A stretch of DNA of 64,000 nucleotides, from positions 16,005 through 80,004 of IMG/VR virus record IMGVR_UViG_3300047564_006544; one strand, given 5' to 3'. Below, one piece after another: positions 19,406-29,423 of the stretch. A program made the translations under genes and the position numbers. Source of the DNA: a virus. The first letter of the stretch is position 1; each line of letters starts with the position of its first letter. Below the pieces are notes generated by a model. It worked only from the letters and a program-made list of their open reading frames with translations, did not search any database and was not told where the DNA came from.

Positions 19406-19933
19406 TCATTTTGACTCCAGCATTTTTTTCAATTTTTCATTTAGTCTTTCTATTTTATCAGGATCTTCCTTTGAGCTTTCAAAAGAAATACGATCTATTT
19501 TTCTCAATAGTCCAGACATATTATCTATTTGGCCTGGGTTCTTTGAAAGAAACTCTCTAATTATTGCAGATGTATTTAAAAGAATTGGAAAGGCAACCCT
19601 TTTTTGCTCTATTACATCTTGATATGCTCCTGGATTTTTAACCATAGACCTCATTTCAACCATTGCTTCTGAGAATGTCTTGCCTGTGCAAAACATATAA
19701 AAGTCAATTGATGAAACACCCTGATTGCATCCATAACAAAAGAAATTATTATCTCTTGAGTTTATATAGCAAGAAGATGTCTTTTCTTTTCCATGTTTAT
19801 GATCTACAGATGGGCAACGACAACGGTAATCAAAATTACCTGCTGAAGTTGATTCAAGCTGAATTCCAAATTGTGATGCAAGCTCTAATATTTTTACTTG
19901 CTTTGCTATGTCTGTTCTGGATGCAATTTTCAT
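19406..19933 (-). CDS. Stand-alone CHC2 (DnaG-type) zinc-finger protein
   Basis: CP..DH..EKTSSC....FFCYGC..G..IDF; no TOPRIM domain. Confidence 0.8.
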   Translation of the reverse strand: MKIASRTDIAKQVKILELASQFGIQLESTSAGNFDYRCRCPSVDHKHGKEKTSSCYINSRDNNFFCYGCNQGVSSIDFYMFCTGKTFSEAMVEMRSMVKNPGAYQDVIEQKRVAFPILLNTSAIIREFLSKNPGQIDNMSGLLRKIDRISFESSKEDPDKIERLNEKLKKMLESK

Positions 19934-19937
19934 TTTA

Positions 19938-20984
19938 TTACTTAAATATTGAAATTAAATTTGACCAAAATGACGTACCCTTTTGCTGTGGCTCAATTTT
20001 TGCAATATCATTCTTTGCAACTCTAAAATAGACGGGCTGCCTACAGCTCTGGTCTATATAGTACGCCATTCCTGGCTCAGTTATATTTGCTGCAAGAGAA
20101 GAATTCATAATAATTCTTGATTCCATATCTGAAGAAACTCTCATTGCAATTCTTCCTGTAAAGTTTGCCTTAATTTGACCTGGAAGAATTGATGATGATG
20201 GACGCTGTGTTGCTAGGATAACAGAGATTCCTGCGGCTCTACCTTTTTGAGAAATTGTAAGAACCTTGTTTAGATTCTTTTTGTCAGAAAGGTAAACATC
20301 TGACCACTCATCAATAATTAAGGCATATGGGCAAATCTTCTGAGAACTCATCATATTGTTCTGGACTGCAGAGACATATCCTCTTTTGCTCAAAAGAGAA
20401 TAAATTGTATTCATCCTATCTATAATAGAATCAAGCGTTCTTCCGAAATCATCAGGATCGGAAACAACCGTACAGGGCCGTCTTTTGCTAAATTCATTGA
20501 AGTCTACAATTTTAGGGTCAATTATTGTTACTGCAACACCAGATGTCAAAAGGCACTCAACCATTACCTTTAAAAGCGTACTCTTTCCTGCGCCGGGGGC
20601 ACCTGCCACTAGGGTATTGGGGACAGCCCCTTGATCCACTACCAGCGGCCCGCCTAGCGCGGTGCAGCCAAGCACCATAGGGGAGAGGGCCGAAGCGGGC
20701 AGGAGGGCTAGGGCTTGACTTAGGAGCATCTGGTCAACGTCCCTTCTTTGGATCGAAATCTTGTAGGAACCCGTTTGGTAATTGATCTCACCATTTGGCT
20801 CACTCATTGATCCCATGTAAAGTGCAAAATCTCCAATTGATTTTGCAAGTTTAGACAGTTTTGTTCCAAATTCTGGATAAACGTCAAATATGTCAAAAGA
20901 CCCAATCTGGGTCTTTTTGATTTCTGCAACTTGGATTTTTTGAATGAAGAAGAAGTGTCTTGCTCTCTCTACATCTTTATCCAT
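19938..20984 (-). CDS. FtsK/SpoIIIE-family ATPase (motor domain only)
   Basis: LVAGAPGAGKS, IIDPK, IIDEWSD, GRAAGISVILATQRPS. Confidence 0.9.
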   Translation of the reverse strand: MDKDVERARHFFFIQKIQVAEIKKTQIGSFDIFDVYPEFGTKLSKLAKSIGDFALYMGSMSEPNGEINYQTGSYKISIQRRDVDQMLLSQALALLPASALSPMVLGCTALGGPLVVDQGAVPNTLVAGAPGAGKSTLLKVMVECLLTSGVAVTIIDPKIVDFNEFSKRRPCTVVSDPDDFGRTLDSIIDRMNTIYSLLSKRGYVSAVQNNMMSSQKICPYALIIDEWSDVYLSDKKNLNKVLTISQKGRAAGISVILATQRPSSSILPGQIKANFTGRIAMRVSSDMESRIIMNSSLAANITEPGMAYYIDQSCRQPVYFRVAKNDIAKIEPQQKGTSFWSNLISIFK

Positions 20985-20986
20985 AT

Positions 20987-21328
20987 TTACCTCTTGAGTT
21001 TTTTCAACTCCCTTTCAAGTTCTCTTAACTTAACCTCGTTTTTTACCAGCTCATCCCTCGTTTTTAACGAGGAGCGAAGGGAAAGAATAATGAGGCCGAA
21101 TATTCCTTCACCCGGTACTACCTTATCCAACTCGTCAGCCGTTGTCAATAGCCTTGTTAAAATTGATTTGACATTGTTATGATAGGCTTGTGTCTGGTTG
21201 TCAGGATGCGTTTTATCGGCTAATAACTTTTTATATTCCTCTATGACTCCAGAGAATCTAATCTTTGCTTCTTGCTTTTTATTATCAAGATAAGAAGAGT
21301 TTTTTGGAATTTCTATTTCGTCACTCAT
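20987..21328 (-). CDS. Hypothetical coiled-coil protein
   Basis: ATG at 21328 with GGAG, overlapping upstream stop. Confidence 0.7.
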   Translation of the reverse strand: MSDEIEIPKNSSYLDNKKQEAKIRFSGVIEEYKKLLADKTHPDNQTQAYHNNVKSILTRLLTTADELDKVVPGEGIFGLIILSLRSSLKTRDELVKNEVKLRELERELKKLKR

Positions 21329-21648
21329 TTTTTCTCCGGTATTAACACTAGGTAAATTCCGCATTCTTTATGCATCTGAAAGAATTTCTGAATTTTTAAA
21401 ATTTTATCTGAACTAAATATACCAAAATCTCGATGCAAAAAATTAATAACATTAAATGCTTTGTTATAATTTTCTACTGGCCCAGAGAAAAGATCCGCTG
21501 CGCTATCTAAGAAGTTCATTAGCTTTTGCTGCTTTTCAGCAGGAACCGTAGATAGATCTAGCAGCAGATTATTATTAGAAGAACAATAAATAAAGCCGTC
21601 CTTATCAGCATTTCCGTGGCATCCTAAGTATAAGTTCAATTTTGTCAC
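21325..21648 (-). CDS. Hypothetical protein
   Basis: 107-aa ORF in operon context. Confidence 0.6.
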   Translation of the reverse strand: MTKLNLYLGCHGNADKDGFIYCSSNNNLLLDLSTVPAEKQQKLMNFLDSAADLFSGPVENYNKAFNVINFLHRDFGIFSSDKILKIQKFFQMHKECGIYLVLIPEKK

Positions 21649-21672
21649 TGTTTTTCATTATACTGAAAATAA

Positions 21673-23316
21673 TTATATATAGTTAAACTTGATAAATGAT
21701 TTCGCCAAAATATCTAGTGTATTCACGCCTGAATTATTATTTATATTTATTGATGGTGTTGCTGTTGTTCCACCATTCACAATAACTCCGCTGAACCATA
21801 GAGCATGAACATTTGAATCATTTAATGCTGCTGTTGTAAAGCCTGGTACACTTGACGTTATCTCTGCATTTTGAACACCAAGCTGTAGATCTACTCCGGC
21901 GTGAGTAAATGTTCCGCTTGTTGCAAGAGTAAAGTTTATAGTATTGTTTGCTCCTGCTCCGCTAAACTTTAGTAAAATTACTCCTCTTATTTCTACAGCA
22001 GAGTTTACTGGCATATTTGCAATATTAAAAAATGTATTTGGGCCAGATGGAGCTATTGGTATTGTAGTTGTTCCTGCCAATATTTTTGATGTTTCCGTCA
22101 TTGATATTGTTGCAGTATTTGGGCTTGTTGTAACTTTTACTCCGTTTGTTCCAGACAAAGTCATAGTTGTGTTGCCCAAGCTAGCAGTTGTTGGAGTTGC
22201 ACCATCTGTAAATGTGCTATAAGTATATGTAGCGCCAGTTCCACCGTTAAGGGATGTAACGCCGGTATTTGATATTGTTATATTATCTGATGCAGATGAG
22301 ACCAAAACTCCAATGCCAGTTCCTGGAACAAAGGTAAATGTATCATTTGCAAGATCTGCGGCTGCTGTATTTGTTCCATCTGACATGGTTCCAAATGAGT
22401 TATATGTTATTGCTCCCTTTGCGCCATTAAATGTAGTTACGCCATCATTATTTACTGTTACATTTCCTGAGCCAGATGTTGTAATGGCAGTTCCTGCTGT
22501 TATGGCAGTAACACCAGTGTTACCTATTGTAACGCTTCCCGTTCCAGCAGAAACAGAAATCCCTGTTCCAGCTACAGCCTGAGTTACGCCAGTATTTGAT
22601 ATTGTCATAGAATCTGCTGGGCCGTTTACCAATACCCCAATTCCTGTTCCGGCAACAAAAGTAAATGTATCATTTGCCTGATCTGCAACTGCAGATACAT
22701 TTCCATCTGACATTGTTCCAAATGCTGGCTGGGAAGAATTTATAGTTAACGTATTTTGATCTGTTCTTACTACGTTAACATTTGTGCCACCAACAAAAGT
22801 TACATTGTCTGTTGATGCATCAGATCCGGTAAGTCTTAGGTCTGCTGATTTTGGTGTAGCATTTGTTTCTGCTGAAATACCATATGTAGTATTTGTATCG
22901 TTTGCTGATGCAGAAATTGTAATTTTATTTGCATCAGTCCTAACTATTGTTACGTTACTTCCGCCGGTAAAAGTTACATTATCAGTATAGCCATCTGTAT
23001 CTGTTAACCTTAAGTCTGCAGAATTTCCTGTTTGACTTGTCTCTGCTGATACAGAATACTTTGTATTGGTATCAATATCTGCCGTTGAAAATGTAATTGT
23101 ATTTTCATTTGTTCTTATTATTGTAACGTTTGTACCGCCAACAAAAGTTACATTGTCGGTATAACCATCGGAGTCTGTCAGTCTTAGATCTGCAGAATTT
23201 CCTGTTTGACTACTTTCAGAGGATATGCCATAGCTTTTTACTGCAACTTTTGTTGTAGCATATTCATAGCCATCAATTCTAATTTCATTATTATCATTGT
23301 CAATTTCAATTGGCAT
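21673..23316 (-). CDS. Tail fibre/spike-like repeat protein
   Basis: G/T/N-rich; 3x SADLRLT..D..TDNVTF.GG.NV..RT and 2x FGTMSDG..AD.ANDTFTFV.GTGIGVLV repeats. Confidence 0.7.
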   Translation of the reverse strand: MPIEIDNDNNEIRIDGYEYATTKVAVKSYGISSESSQTGNSADLRLTDSDGYTDNVTFVGGTNVTIIRTNENTITFSTADIDTNTKYSVSAETSQTGNSADLRLTDTDGYTDNVTFTGGSNVTIVRTDANKITISASANDTNTTYGISAETNATPKSADLRLTGSDASTDNVTFVGGTNVNVVRTDQNTLTINSSQPAFGTMSDGNVSAVADQANDTFTFVAGTGIGVLVNGPADSMTISNTGVTQAVAGTGISVSAGTGSVTIGNTGVTAITAGTAITTSGSGNVTVNNDGVTTFNGAKGAITYNSFGTMSDGTNTAAADLANDTFTFVPGTGIGVLVSSASDNITISNTGVTSLNGGTGATYTYSTFTDGATPTTASLGNTTMTLSGTNGVKVTTSPNTATISMTETSKILAGTTTIPIAPSGPNTFFNIANMPVNSAVEIRGVILLKFSGAGANNTINFTLATSGTFTHAGVDLQLGVQNAEITSSVPGFTTAALNDSNVHALWFSGVIVNGGTTATPSININNNSGVNTLDILAKSFIKFNYI

Positions 23317-23324
23317 ATTATCCT

Positions 23325-25037
23325 CTAAAATTTACAAGTAGTTAGCTTTACTGTTGCAACCCAAGCAGATGGATAGAAGGATAGTGCGGGGTGATTATCA
23401 AATACATTTATTTGTATTATATTTGTTCCTCCAAGGGTCATTGTTGCCCCTACCCATCCCGGTCCAGCAGTAAAATAAGGTGTTCTTGATATATAGGTAA
23501 TAAGTGGAGCAGATATTGATCCTGGGGCTGGAGTTGTAACTGGTCCAAACCCCATTGATTCAATCTTATATGCTCCAACTTCTTGAATTGGTCCAGCTAA
23601 TTTTCCAACCAACATTACAGATATGTGGTATGCTGAATTTAAATCCATACTATAATTTGCGCCAAGACCATCAATGCTGAGAACTAATCCTGGTGGACCA
23701 AATGGATTAAGAATCTTACCCCTTACGGTATATTCGCTTGTTTGGGCATCGCCAACTACGGCAAACTTTCCAGATCCATGAGCAAATTCACCCTGTACTT
23801 TTGATAATGAATCAACACCAAATGTTAATGATGCTTTTCCAAATACTCCATTGCCAACTCCAAATACTGCTGAATCATCTGCACCAAAATTAGTTAGATT
23901 TTGAGTTCCAGCAGATATTGAATTTTTTGCCTTTATAGAATTTTTGAAACCAGATATATTTGTTCTTTGTGCATCTGCGCTAATTCCACCGTCATTATCT
24001 GCTGAGTTTTCCTCTCCAGATACGGCATTATAATTTCCACGAACATAATTCTTTGTTCCAGATACTATATTACCATCATCATCTACGTCAGAAACATACC
24101 CAGTTACAGCATTAAAATCTCCCTCTACCTCATTTTCTCTTCCGGTTATAAGGGAGTTATTTGCAGATGATAGGTGCTCTCTTCCTCCGACAAGATTTGT
24201 CGAGCCGCCAGCTATATTATTTGCCTCTCCAGATACTAAAGATCCGGTAGATGCTACTGTATTTGAGTTTCCAAATACTGCAGCATTATTTGCTGATGCA
24301 GTATTTGATGCTCCTCCTACAAATGAGTTTTGACCTGATGCAGTATTTTCTGCTCCAGCTGCAAATGAAGAGGTTCCACTCGCCGTGGTATTTCTACCTA
24401 GTGCTGCAGAGTAATTACCTCTGCTACCATCATTCCATTGAGTTGACTCTACGCTTCCTGCTCTAAAGGCACCTTTTGATTTATCAAAAAGAAATCTTTC
24501 ATTACCCTTTGTTCCATCGTTCATATCATCAAGCTTTGATGATCCGTAAACAAAGTCCATTCCTGTTGTATAGTCTGTATCGGCTTGCCTTACTACATCA
24601 TCAACTGTATCTGAGTTTGTATCTGCAGTTTCAAAAGGAGAAGAACCAATGACTACTGATGCAACTGCAGCATCAGTATATTCATACACTTCTCTTAGGT
24701 CAAGATAATAATATCTTGTTCCATCAATATCCTGATACTCTGGTATTGCAGATGCCTGATCTTCAAATCTTGCGACATTATTTACCTCAACAGCATTATC
24801 GGCAAGATTCTGGTGCTGCAACTTTGACTTAACATGAGCAACCAAATCAATTTTTCCTGCATGACCATCATATGGCTCTCCGTCGTGAACGTGACCTGTT
24901 AGCCTTGGATCATCTGCATCTAATAGGGAGCCTTCATAACTTCCATATAGGCCTCCAAACCAAGAGTTTGCAACATCCGCAGTTACTATCGTGGAGCCAG
25001 AAGTATATTTTGTTAATTTTTTGCTTGAGGTTGCCAT
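23325..25037 (-). CDS. Fibre-like protein with YadA-head/Hep-Hag-like beta-roll repeats
   Basis: KGAFRAG..W then ~14-aa repeats (ASGTSSFAAGAENT, ASGQNSFVGGASNT); N-terminal GHVHDG. Confidence 0.7.
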   Translation of the reverse strand: MATSSKKLTKYTSGSTIVTADVANSWFGGLYGSYEGSLLDADDPRLTGHVHDGEPYDGHAGKIDLVAHVKSKLQHQNLADNAVEVNNVARFEDQASAIPEYQDIDGTRYYYLDLREVYEYTDAAVASVVIGSSPFETADTNSDTVDDVVRQADTDYTTGMDFVYGSSKLDDMNDGTKGNERFLFDKSKGAFRAGSVESTQWNDGSRGNYSAALGRNTTASGTSSFAAGAENTASGQNSFVGGASNTASANNAAVFGNSNTVASTGSLVSGEANNIAGGSTNLVGGREHLSSANNSLITGRENEVEGDFNAVTGYVSDVDDDGNIVSGTKNYVRGNYNAVSGEENSADNDGGISADAQRTNISGFKNSIKAKNSISAGTQNLTNFGADDSAVFGVGNGVFGKASLTFGVDSLSKVQGEFAHGSGKFAVVGDAQTSEYTVRGKILNPFGPPGLVLSIDGLGANYSMDLNSAYHISVMLVGKLAGPIQEVGAYKIESMGFGPVTTPAPGSISAPLITYISRTPYFTAGPGWVGATMTLGGTNIIQINVFDNHPALSFYPSAWVATVKLTTCKF

Positions 25038-25038
25038 T

Positions 25039-25320
25039 TTATTTATTCTTTACTTTATCTTTAATATAAGTAGATGGCTTAAACTTTACAGACAAAAATT
25101 CATCCAATACCATTTCTTGCATTGTCTTTGGATTTCTTACCGGTCTTGGCTTCTGCTTATATAGCGTAAATTTTCCAAAATTAACTATAGAAATTTCATT
25201 TCCTGATGAAAGCTCTTCTGTAATGCAGTCGAAAAGAACATCTATCATTTGTGAGCTTTCTTTTATTGAAAATAAAGTTTTTTCTGATAACTTTCTTGCT
25301 AATTCTTTTTTGTTAACCAT
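25039..25320 (-). CDS. HU/IHF family DNA-binding protein
   Basis: NKKEL..., ISIVNFGKF, RNPKT, VKFKPS. Confidence 0.93.
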   Translation of the reverse strand: MVNKKELARKLSEKTLFSIKESSQMIDVLFDCITEELSSGNEISIVNFGKFTLYKQKPRPVRNPKTMQEMVLDEFLSVKFKPSTYIKDKVKNK

Positions 25321-25376
25321 TTCTCATATCCTTAGTTTTATTATACATACTATATAAGTATAAATAGTAAATATGA

Positions 25377-25580
25377 CTAGATTATATCTACGTCCGAAAA
25401 ACTATTCGCATGAGAACTTGACTTTTTTAAATCTTCGGCAAGTTTTTCAATATTTGATTTATAAAACTCAACAATCCTCTTGAATTCTTCATCTTCCATT
25501 ACTAAGATGTCAATTCCATAGTTTTGGTATAGTTTTTTTATTCTCTCTAATATTTTTTCTTCACTAATTTTTTTCTTCAT
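25377..25580 (-). CDS. Hypothetical protein
   Basis: 67-aa ORF overlapping upstream gene end. Confidence 0.55.
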   Translation of the reverse strand: MKKKISEEKILERIKKLYQNYGIDILVMEDEEFKRIVEFYKSNIEKLAEDLKKSSSHANSFSDVDII

Positions 25581-25944
25581 TATGCTTCACTATATTCTTA
25601 CATATATTAATAATTTCTTCTTTTTCCATTTTTTGTTTGAAAGAATTTACGCAATAAATACACCAAACTATATTTTCTTTTTTATATCCAAGTTCTGATT
25701 TTTTACAATCAAGTGTCATCTTATATGGATCGTGAAGAATTGATTTATTAGCTTTTGATATGTTCATTTCTAGGCCAGAATAAAAACACCTACCATCTTG
25801 AGATATAAACTGATGAATTATATCATCAATAGATATCTCAAATGGTAGGTTCTTTTTTGCTGCTCTTCTGTTTGCAGCACGATGGGCCTTCTGAAACATC
25901 GACAGTGCTTTTTTATCAATTAAATTGTTCCAGAATGCGCTCAT
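25564..25944 (-). CDS. HNH-like endonuclease
   Basis: QDGRCFYSG...TLDC...GY.KENIVWCIYCVNSFK. Confidence 0.7.
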   Translation of the reverse strand: MSAFWNNLIDKKALSMFQKAHRAANRRAAKKNLPFEISIDDIIHQFISQDGRCFYSGLEMNISKANKSILHDPYKMTLDCKKSELGYKKENIVWCIYCVNSFKQKMEKEEIINICKNIVKHNEEKN

Positions 25945-25952
25945 AATATTTC

Positions 25953-26201
25953 CTATGCTGACTTATTTAAAACATTTACCATTACTCTCTGGTTTGATTT
26001 TGCACCAGCTGCTTTTGCAATTGTTCTAATTGCATTTGCAATACGGCCCTGCTTTCCAATAATCTTGCCAACATCTGAGGCTCCAACACGAACCTCATAA
26101 AGTGGACCCTTTGGTGAGCTTACCTCGGAAACTGCTACGGCAGCAGGATCATCTACAATGGCCTTAATCATAGTTCCAATTAATTCAGATATACCAGTCA
26201 T
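25953..26201 (-). CDS. khpA: KH-domain RNA-binding protein (KhpA-like)
   Basis: IVDDP...DVGKIIGKQGRIANAIRTI; start moved to ATG 26201 with GGAG. Confidence 0.88.
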   Translation of the reverse strand: MTGISELIGTMIKAIVDDPAAVAVSEVSSPKGPLYEVRVGASDVGKIIGKQGRIANAIRTIAKAAGAKSNQRVMVNVLNKSA

Positions 26202-26202
26202 T

Positions 26203-26721
26203 TTATTCTCCATTTTGAATTTCAATTTTATTTGTTGTAATTTCACCCTTTGCTGGGATTGTAATGTGCAAGAGTCCATCCTTTACAGATGCTTTTGCTG
26301 CAGACACATCAAAGTCATGACTTATTAGAAAGTTTGTTGAGAAATTTCTTCTAGCAATTCCTCTTACTATTGCACCATGATGGATCTTTGGTAGGGAAGA
26401 ACTTCTATTGTTTGGAACGTCAATTATAACTTCGCTTGTTACACTATCTTCAGTAAGCTCAACTTCTTGATTTGTCTTTGTTGATTTAACTATAAGCTCC
26501 TGTCCATAGTAACAAACTTCAAGATCCTTTTTTGCATATCCGGCTAAAGCAAATTCCATATGAAATCCTTCAGCATCGCACCACTGATCATACTTTGGAA
26601 AAGTACCTGCTGTTCCAACCTTCTTTATATTTGTAACTTCTCTAAAAAACTCATCATCGTGAAGAAGTAGTTGTACTATTCTTCCTGGTATTGATATTCT
26701 GCTAGCCTTATTTCTATTCAT
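26203..26721 (-). CDS. Hsp20 small heat-shock protein
   Basis: FPKYD, EFALAGY, RGIARRNF, A..KDGLLHI. Confidence 0.9.
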   Translation of the reverse strand: MNRNKASRISIPGRIVQLLLHDDEFFREVTNIKKVGTAGTFPKYDQWCDAEGFHMEFALAGYAKKDLEVCYYGQELIVKSTKTNQEVELTEDSVTSEVIIDVPNNRSSSLPKIHHGAIVRGIARRNFSTNFLISHDFDVSAAKASVKDGLLHITIPAKGEITTNKIEIQNGE

Positions 26722-27049
26722 TTTGTTCCTCAGCAATAGATTCGGTCTCTGTTTCTTTTACAATTTGTGTTGCATACCAAGTGCTTTTAGTACTAAAGTA
26801 ATCAACAACTGAATATAGCGCCCAAGAAAGCACGCTTACTAGCCCACCAACTATTATTGGTGGCGCAATTTCAGATAGAAAACCAAAAAAGAATCCTACC
26901 CAAAATCCAGTACACATTGGACAGTTTATTAGTTTTCCTAGTACCTGAGAAATATTAGATACTTTTTCTCTTAGCTCTTCAAAAATAGCACCAGTAGTTA
27001 TTATTATTGTAATTCCAACTAGCCCTAGGATTATAAGTTCTGTGCTCAT
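26714..27049 (-). CDS. DUF1360-like membrane protein
   Basis: IFEELR..LINCPMCTGFW with hydrophobic helices. Confidence 0.65.
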   Translation of the reverse strand: MSTELIILGLVGITIIITTGAIFEELREKVSNISQVLGKLINCPMCTGFWVGFFFGFLSEIAPPIIVGGLVSVLSWALYSVVDYFSTKSTWYATQIVKETETESIAEEQNE

Positions 27050-27091
27050 GATATTAATATACTTTTTTTCTTATTGATAATCAAAATATTT

Positions 27092-28132
27092 TTATATTTT
27101 TTCTTTTAATTTTTCATTCAGGGTCTTTTTCATCTGTTGTGCAACGTAGATGTGCTCTGTTTGAGCATGGGGAGAGTCACGAAGCTGAAGATAGTGAATA
27201 AAATCTGGAAGGTAGAATGTGCAGTATAGCTCTGTCATTCTACCTTCTGGCAGAACGTAACGAGCAAATTCTCTGAATCTCTTATACTCATCGTTTGTAA
27301 TTTTTCCATCTTCCTTTGCTTTTTTTGACTCTTTCATTGCCCAATCGTAATCACGAAATGATTCGCTGGTGTTCCTGAATTTTGCCTTGAATGAAAGCTC
27401 ACACCACTTAGCAGTGTCATTTGGTGACAAGTTTGGATCAAATATCTTTCCCATTATTTCCTGTATATCTACATAGGGATGAACCATATCCTGGTTGAGT
27501 GTTCGATACCTTCCGCTGGTCATGTTCCAGCTTCCTGTCCTATGACGAAGCATTTGGACTGCGATGGATAGCGGGCAGCAGATACGCCATGTTGCACGCA
27601 CATGCTCACGCACGGGTGCGTGGTGAACGTCTACCAACTCAACGGTAATCCCTGTCTCTCCAATAAGGCTGGATACATCTGGAGCACCACCGCTATAAGG
27701 CTCTGGTGCCTTAAATCCATCTACCGTTGATGCAAGCAGCGGATCTTGTCCTTCAAAAATCTTCCAGAAGGTTGTGCTCTTATACTCGCCATTCCTATAT
27801 GCAGACTTTGCAATCTTTATGAAGTTAAAGAGATCTGTTGTAATATATGCAACCGATCCATCTTCAGACTGAGAAGACTTTACATATGGAGAGGCAAGGA
27901 ATGGAGCCATTTCCCAATGCTGGTAAGATGCATCTTCTGATTCTTCTGAGGTTGAGAATGAGAAGGTTAAGGTTACCGATTCAAATGGCGAGGTATGATT
28001 ATTTTCAACTAAAAACTTTGTTACACGAATAACCTCTTCATCTGATTTTGCAGCCGCCTTTGATTCATCAAGTGTAGAAACCCAAGCAGAATTTGCAACA
28101 CTTCTTAAATTTCCTGTAATTATTAAATTCAT
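27092..28132 (-). CDS. thyX: FAD-dependent thymidylate synthase
   Basis: QMLRHRTGSWNMTSGRY, ARYVLP, LRDSPHAQTE, N-terminal HTSPFE. Confidence 0.9.
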   Translation of the reverse strand: MNLIITGNLRSVANSAWVSTLDESKAAAKSDEEVIRVTKFLVENNHTSPFESVTLTFSFSTSEESEDASYQHWEMAPFLASPYVKSSQSEDGSVAYITTDLFNFIKIAKSAYRNGEYKSTTFWKIFEGQDPLLASTVDGFKAPEPYSGGAPDVSSLIGETGITVELVDVHHAPVREHVRATWRICCPLSIAVQMLRHRTGSWNMTSGRYRTLNQDMVHPYVDIQEIMGKIFDPNLSPNDTAKWCELSFKAKFRNTSESFRDYDWAMKESKKAKEDGKITNDEYKRFREFARYVLPEGRMTELYCTFYLPDFIHYLQLRDSPHAQTEHIYVAQQMKKTLNEKLKEKI

Positions 28133-29331
28133 TATTCCACCTTCTTTGCTACAGCAATAACATTCTTTCCTACAAAAATCTTCTTTGCTGCTGCCATTAC
28201 ATCTTCTGCTGTTACTTTTGAAAGCTTACGGTTTGTTGCTGCAATACTTGGAATCTTCTTCTTCATAAAGTAATGATCTACGCACTTAAGAGCAATTCCT
28301 TCTGCTGACTGCCAGCTTCTATAGATTCCTGTACGCATCTTATTCTTTGAACGCTGGACCTCTTCCTCTGTTGGAAGGGTAGTCATAGCCTTCTGAATCT
28401 CTGCAAGAATGATGCTCTTTGCCTGCTCCATATTCTGTGGTCTAGTTGAGAAGTGGATTGAGAAAGATCCAGATGTACGATCTGTTGAATTACCGGCACC
28501 GATTCCATACACAAGGTTTGCCTTTTCTCTTACCTCTTGAAATAGTCTGCTATCCATACCATCACCAAGAATATTTCCTAGGACTGCCGCTGCATATACC
28601 TCCTTGGAGCCATACTTGAATGAAGGCCAAGCCCAAATAACGTGAGCTTGCTCTAGATCGTTTCTTGGAACCTCTACAGTAAGAGTCTTTTTGACCTTTG
28701 TCTTTTCTGGAGTAAGAAGGAAGTTTGCCTGTCCATCCTGCTCACCAAAGTATTTGGTGATAACTGCCTCTGTCTCTGATTGCTTCATTGGAGCGCAAAC
28801 AGAGATAAGCATATTCTCCTTCTTGTAGAAGGTAGAGAAGAAGTGCTTTAGGTGATCTAGCTGGATTGCATTAATTGACTCTTCTGTTCCAATTACAGGA
28901 CGGGAAAGATAGTTTGAGTAGAACTTGCTTGCAAATTCCTTTCCAAGTGCTCGATTAACAGAGTCATTTCCAGATGCAAGCTCCTCTAGGATTACCTGCT
29001 TTTCCTTGTCAAACTCGGACTCTGGAAAGGCTGGATTTGTAACCATATCATGTAGAATCTCTACTCCAGCCTCAAAGTGATCTACAGGCAGCGTAATAAA
29101 ATATACAACCTCTTCATGTGAGGTATAGGCATTTGAGTCACCGCCATAGAAAGCAATCTGGCGAGAAAGCTCAAAAGAATCGCGAGTAGGAGTACCCTTG
29201 AAGAGAAAGTGCTCAAGGAAATGAGCAGTACCATCTGGCACAGATGCCTCTCGCTCTAATGCCGAACCTGCCTGAAATGCAACCGCAATTGTGGCCAGCT
29301 TTGATGGATTTTTATTGATAATGAACTTCAT
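28132..29331 (-). CDS. M16 family zinc peptidase
   Basis: GTAHFLEHFLFKGT (HxxEH), NAYTS, SRLFQEVREK.NLVY. Confidence 0.95.
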   Translation of the reverse strand: MKFIINKNPSKLATIAVAFQAGSALEREASVPDGTAHFLEHFLFKGTPTRDSFELSRQIAFYGGDSNAYTSHEEVVYFITLPVDHFEAGVEILHDMVTNPAFPESEFDKEKQVILEELASGNDSVNRALGKEFASKFYSNYLSRPVIGTEESINAIQLDHLKHFFSTFYKKENMLISVCAPMKQSETEAVITKYFGEQDGQANFLLTPEKTKVKKTLTVEVPRNDLEQAHVIWAWPSFKYGSKEVYAAAVLGNILGDGMDSRLFQEVREKANLVYGIGAGNSTDRTSGSFSIHFSTRPQNMEQAKSIILAEIQKAMTTLPTEEEVQRSKNKMRTGIYRSWQSAEGIALKCVDHYFMKKKIPSIAATNRKLSKVTAEDVMAAAKKIFVGKNVIAVAKKVE

Positions 29332-29384
29332 TTTGACTCCCTAAGGATAATACTTAATTTTTTGACTTTTAATAGATACAAAAA

Positions 29385-29414
29385 TAGCCGGGAAGATTTT
29401 AACCTGCCCGGCTA
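29385..29414 (-). terminator. Intrinsic terminator
   Basis: TAGCCGGG...CCCGGCTA stem followed by T tract on minus strand. Confidence 0.7.
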
Positions 29415-29423
29415 GTTTTTGGC

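Noticed and set aside
19406-19933. MKIAS start of the CHC2 protein as a member of the K-x-A set
   Set aside because: Replication-type protein with no other shared features; it illustrates the chance rate of the motif
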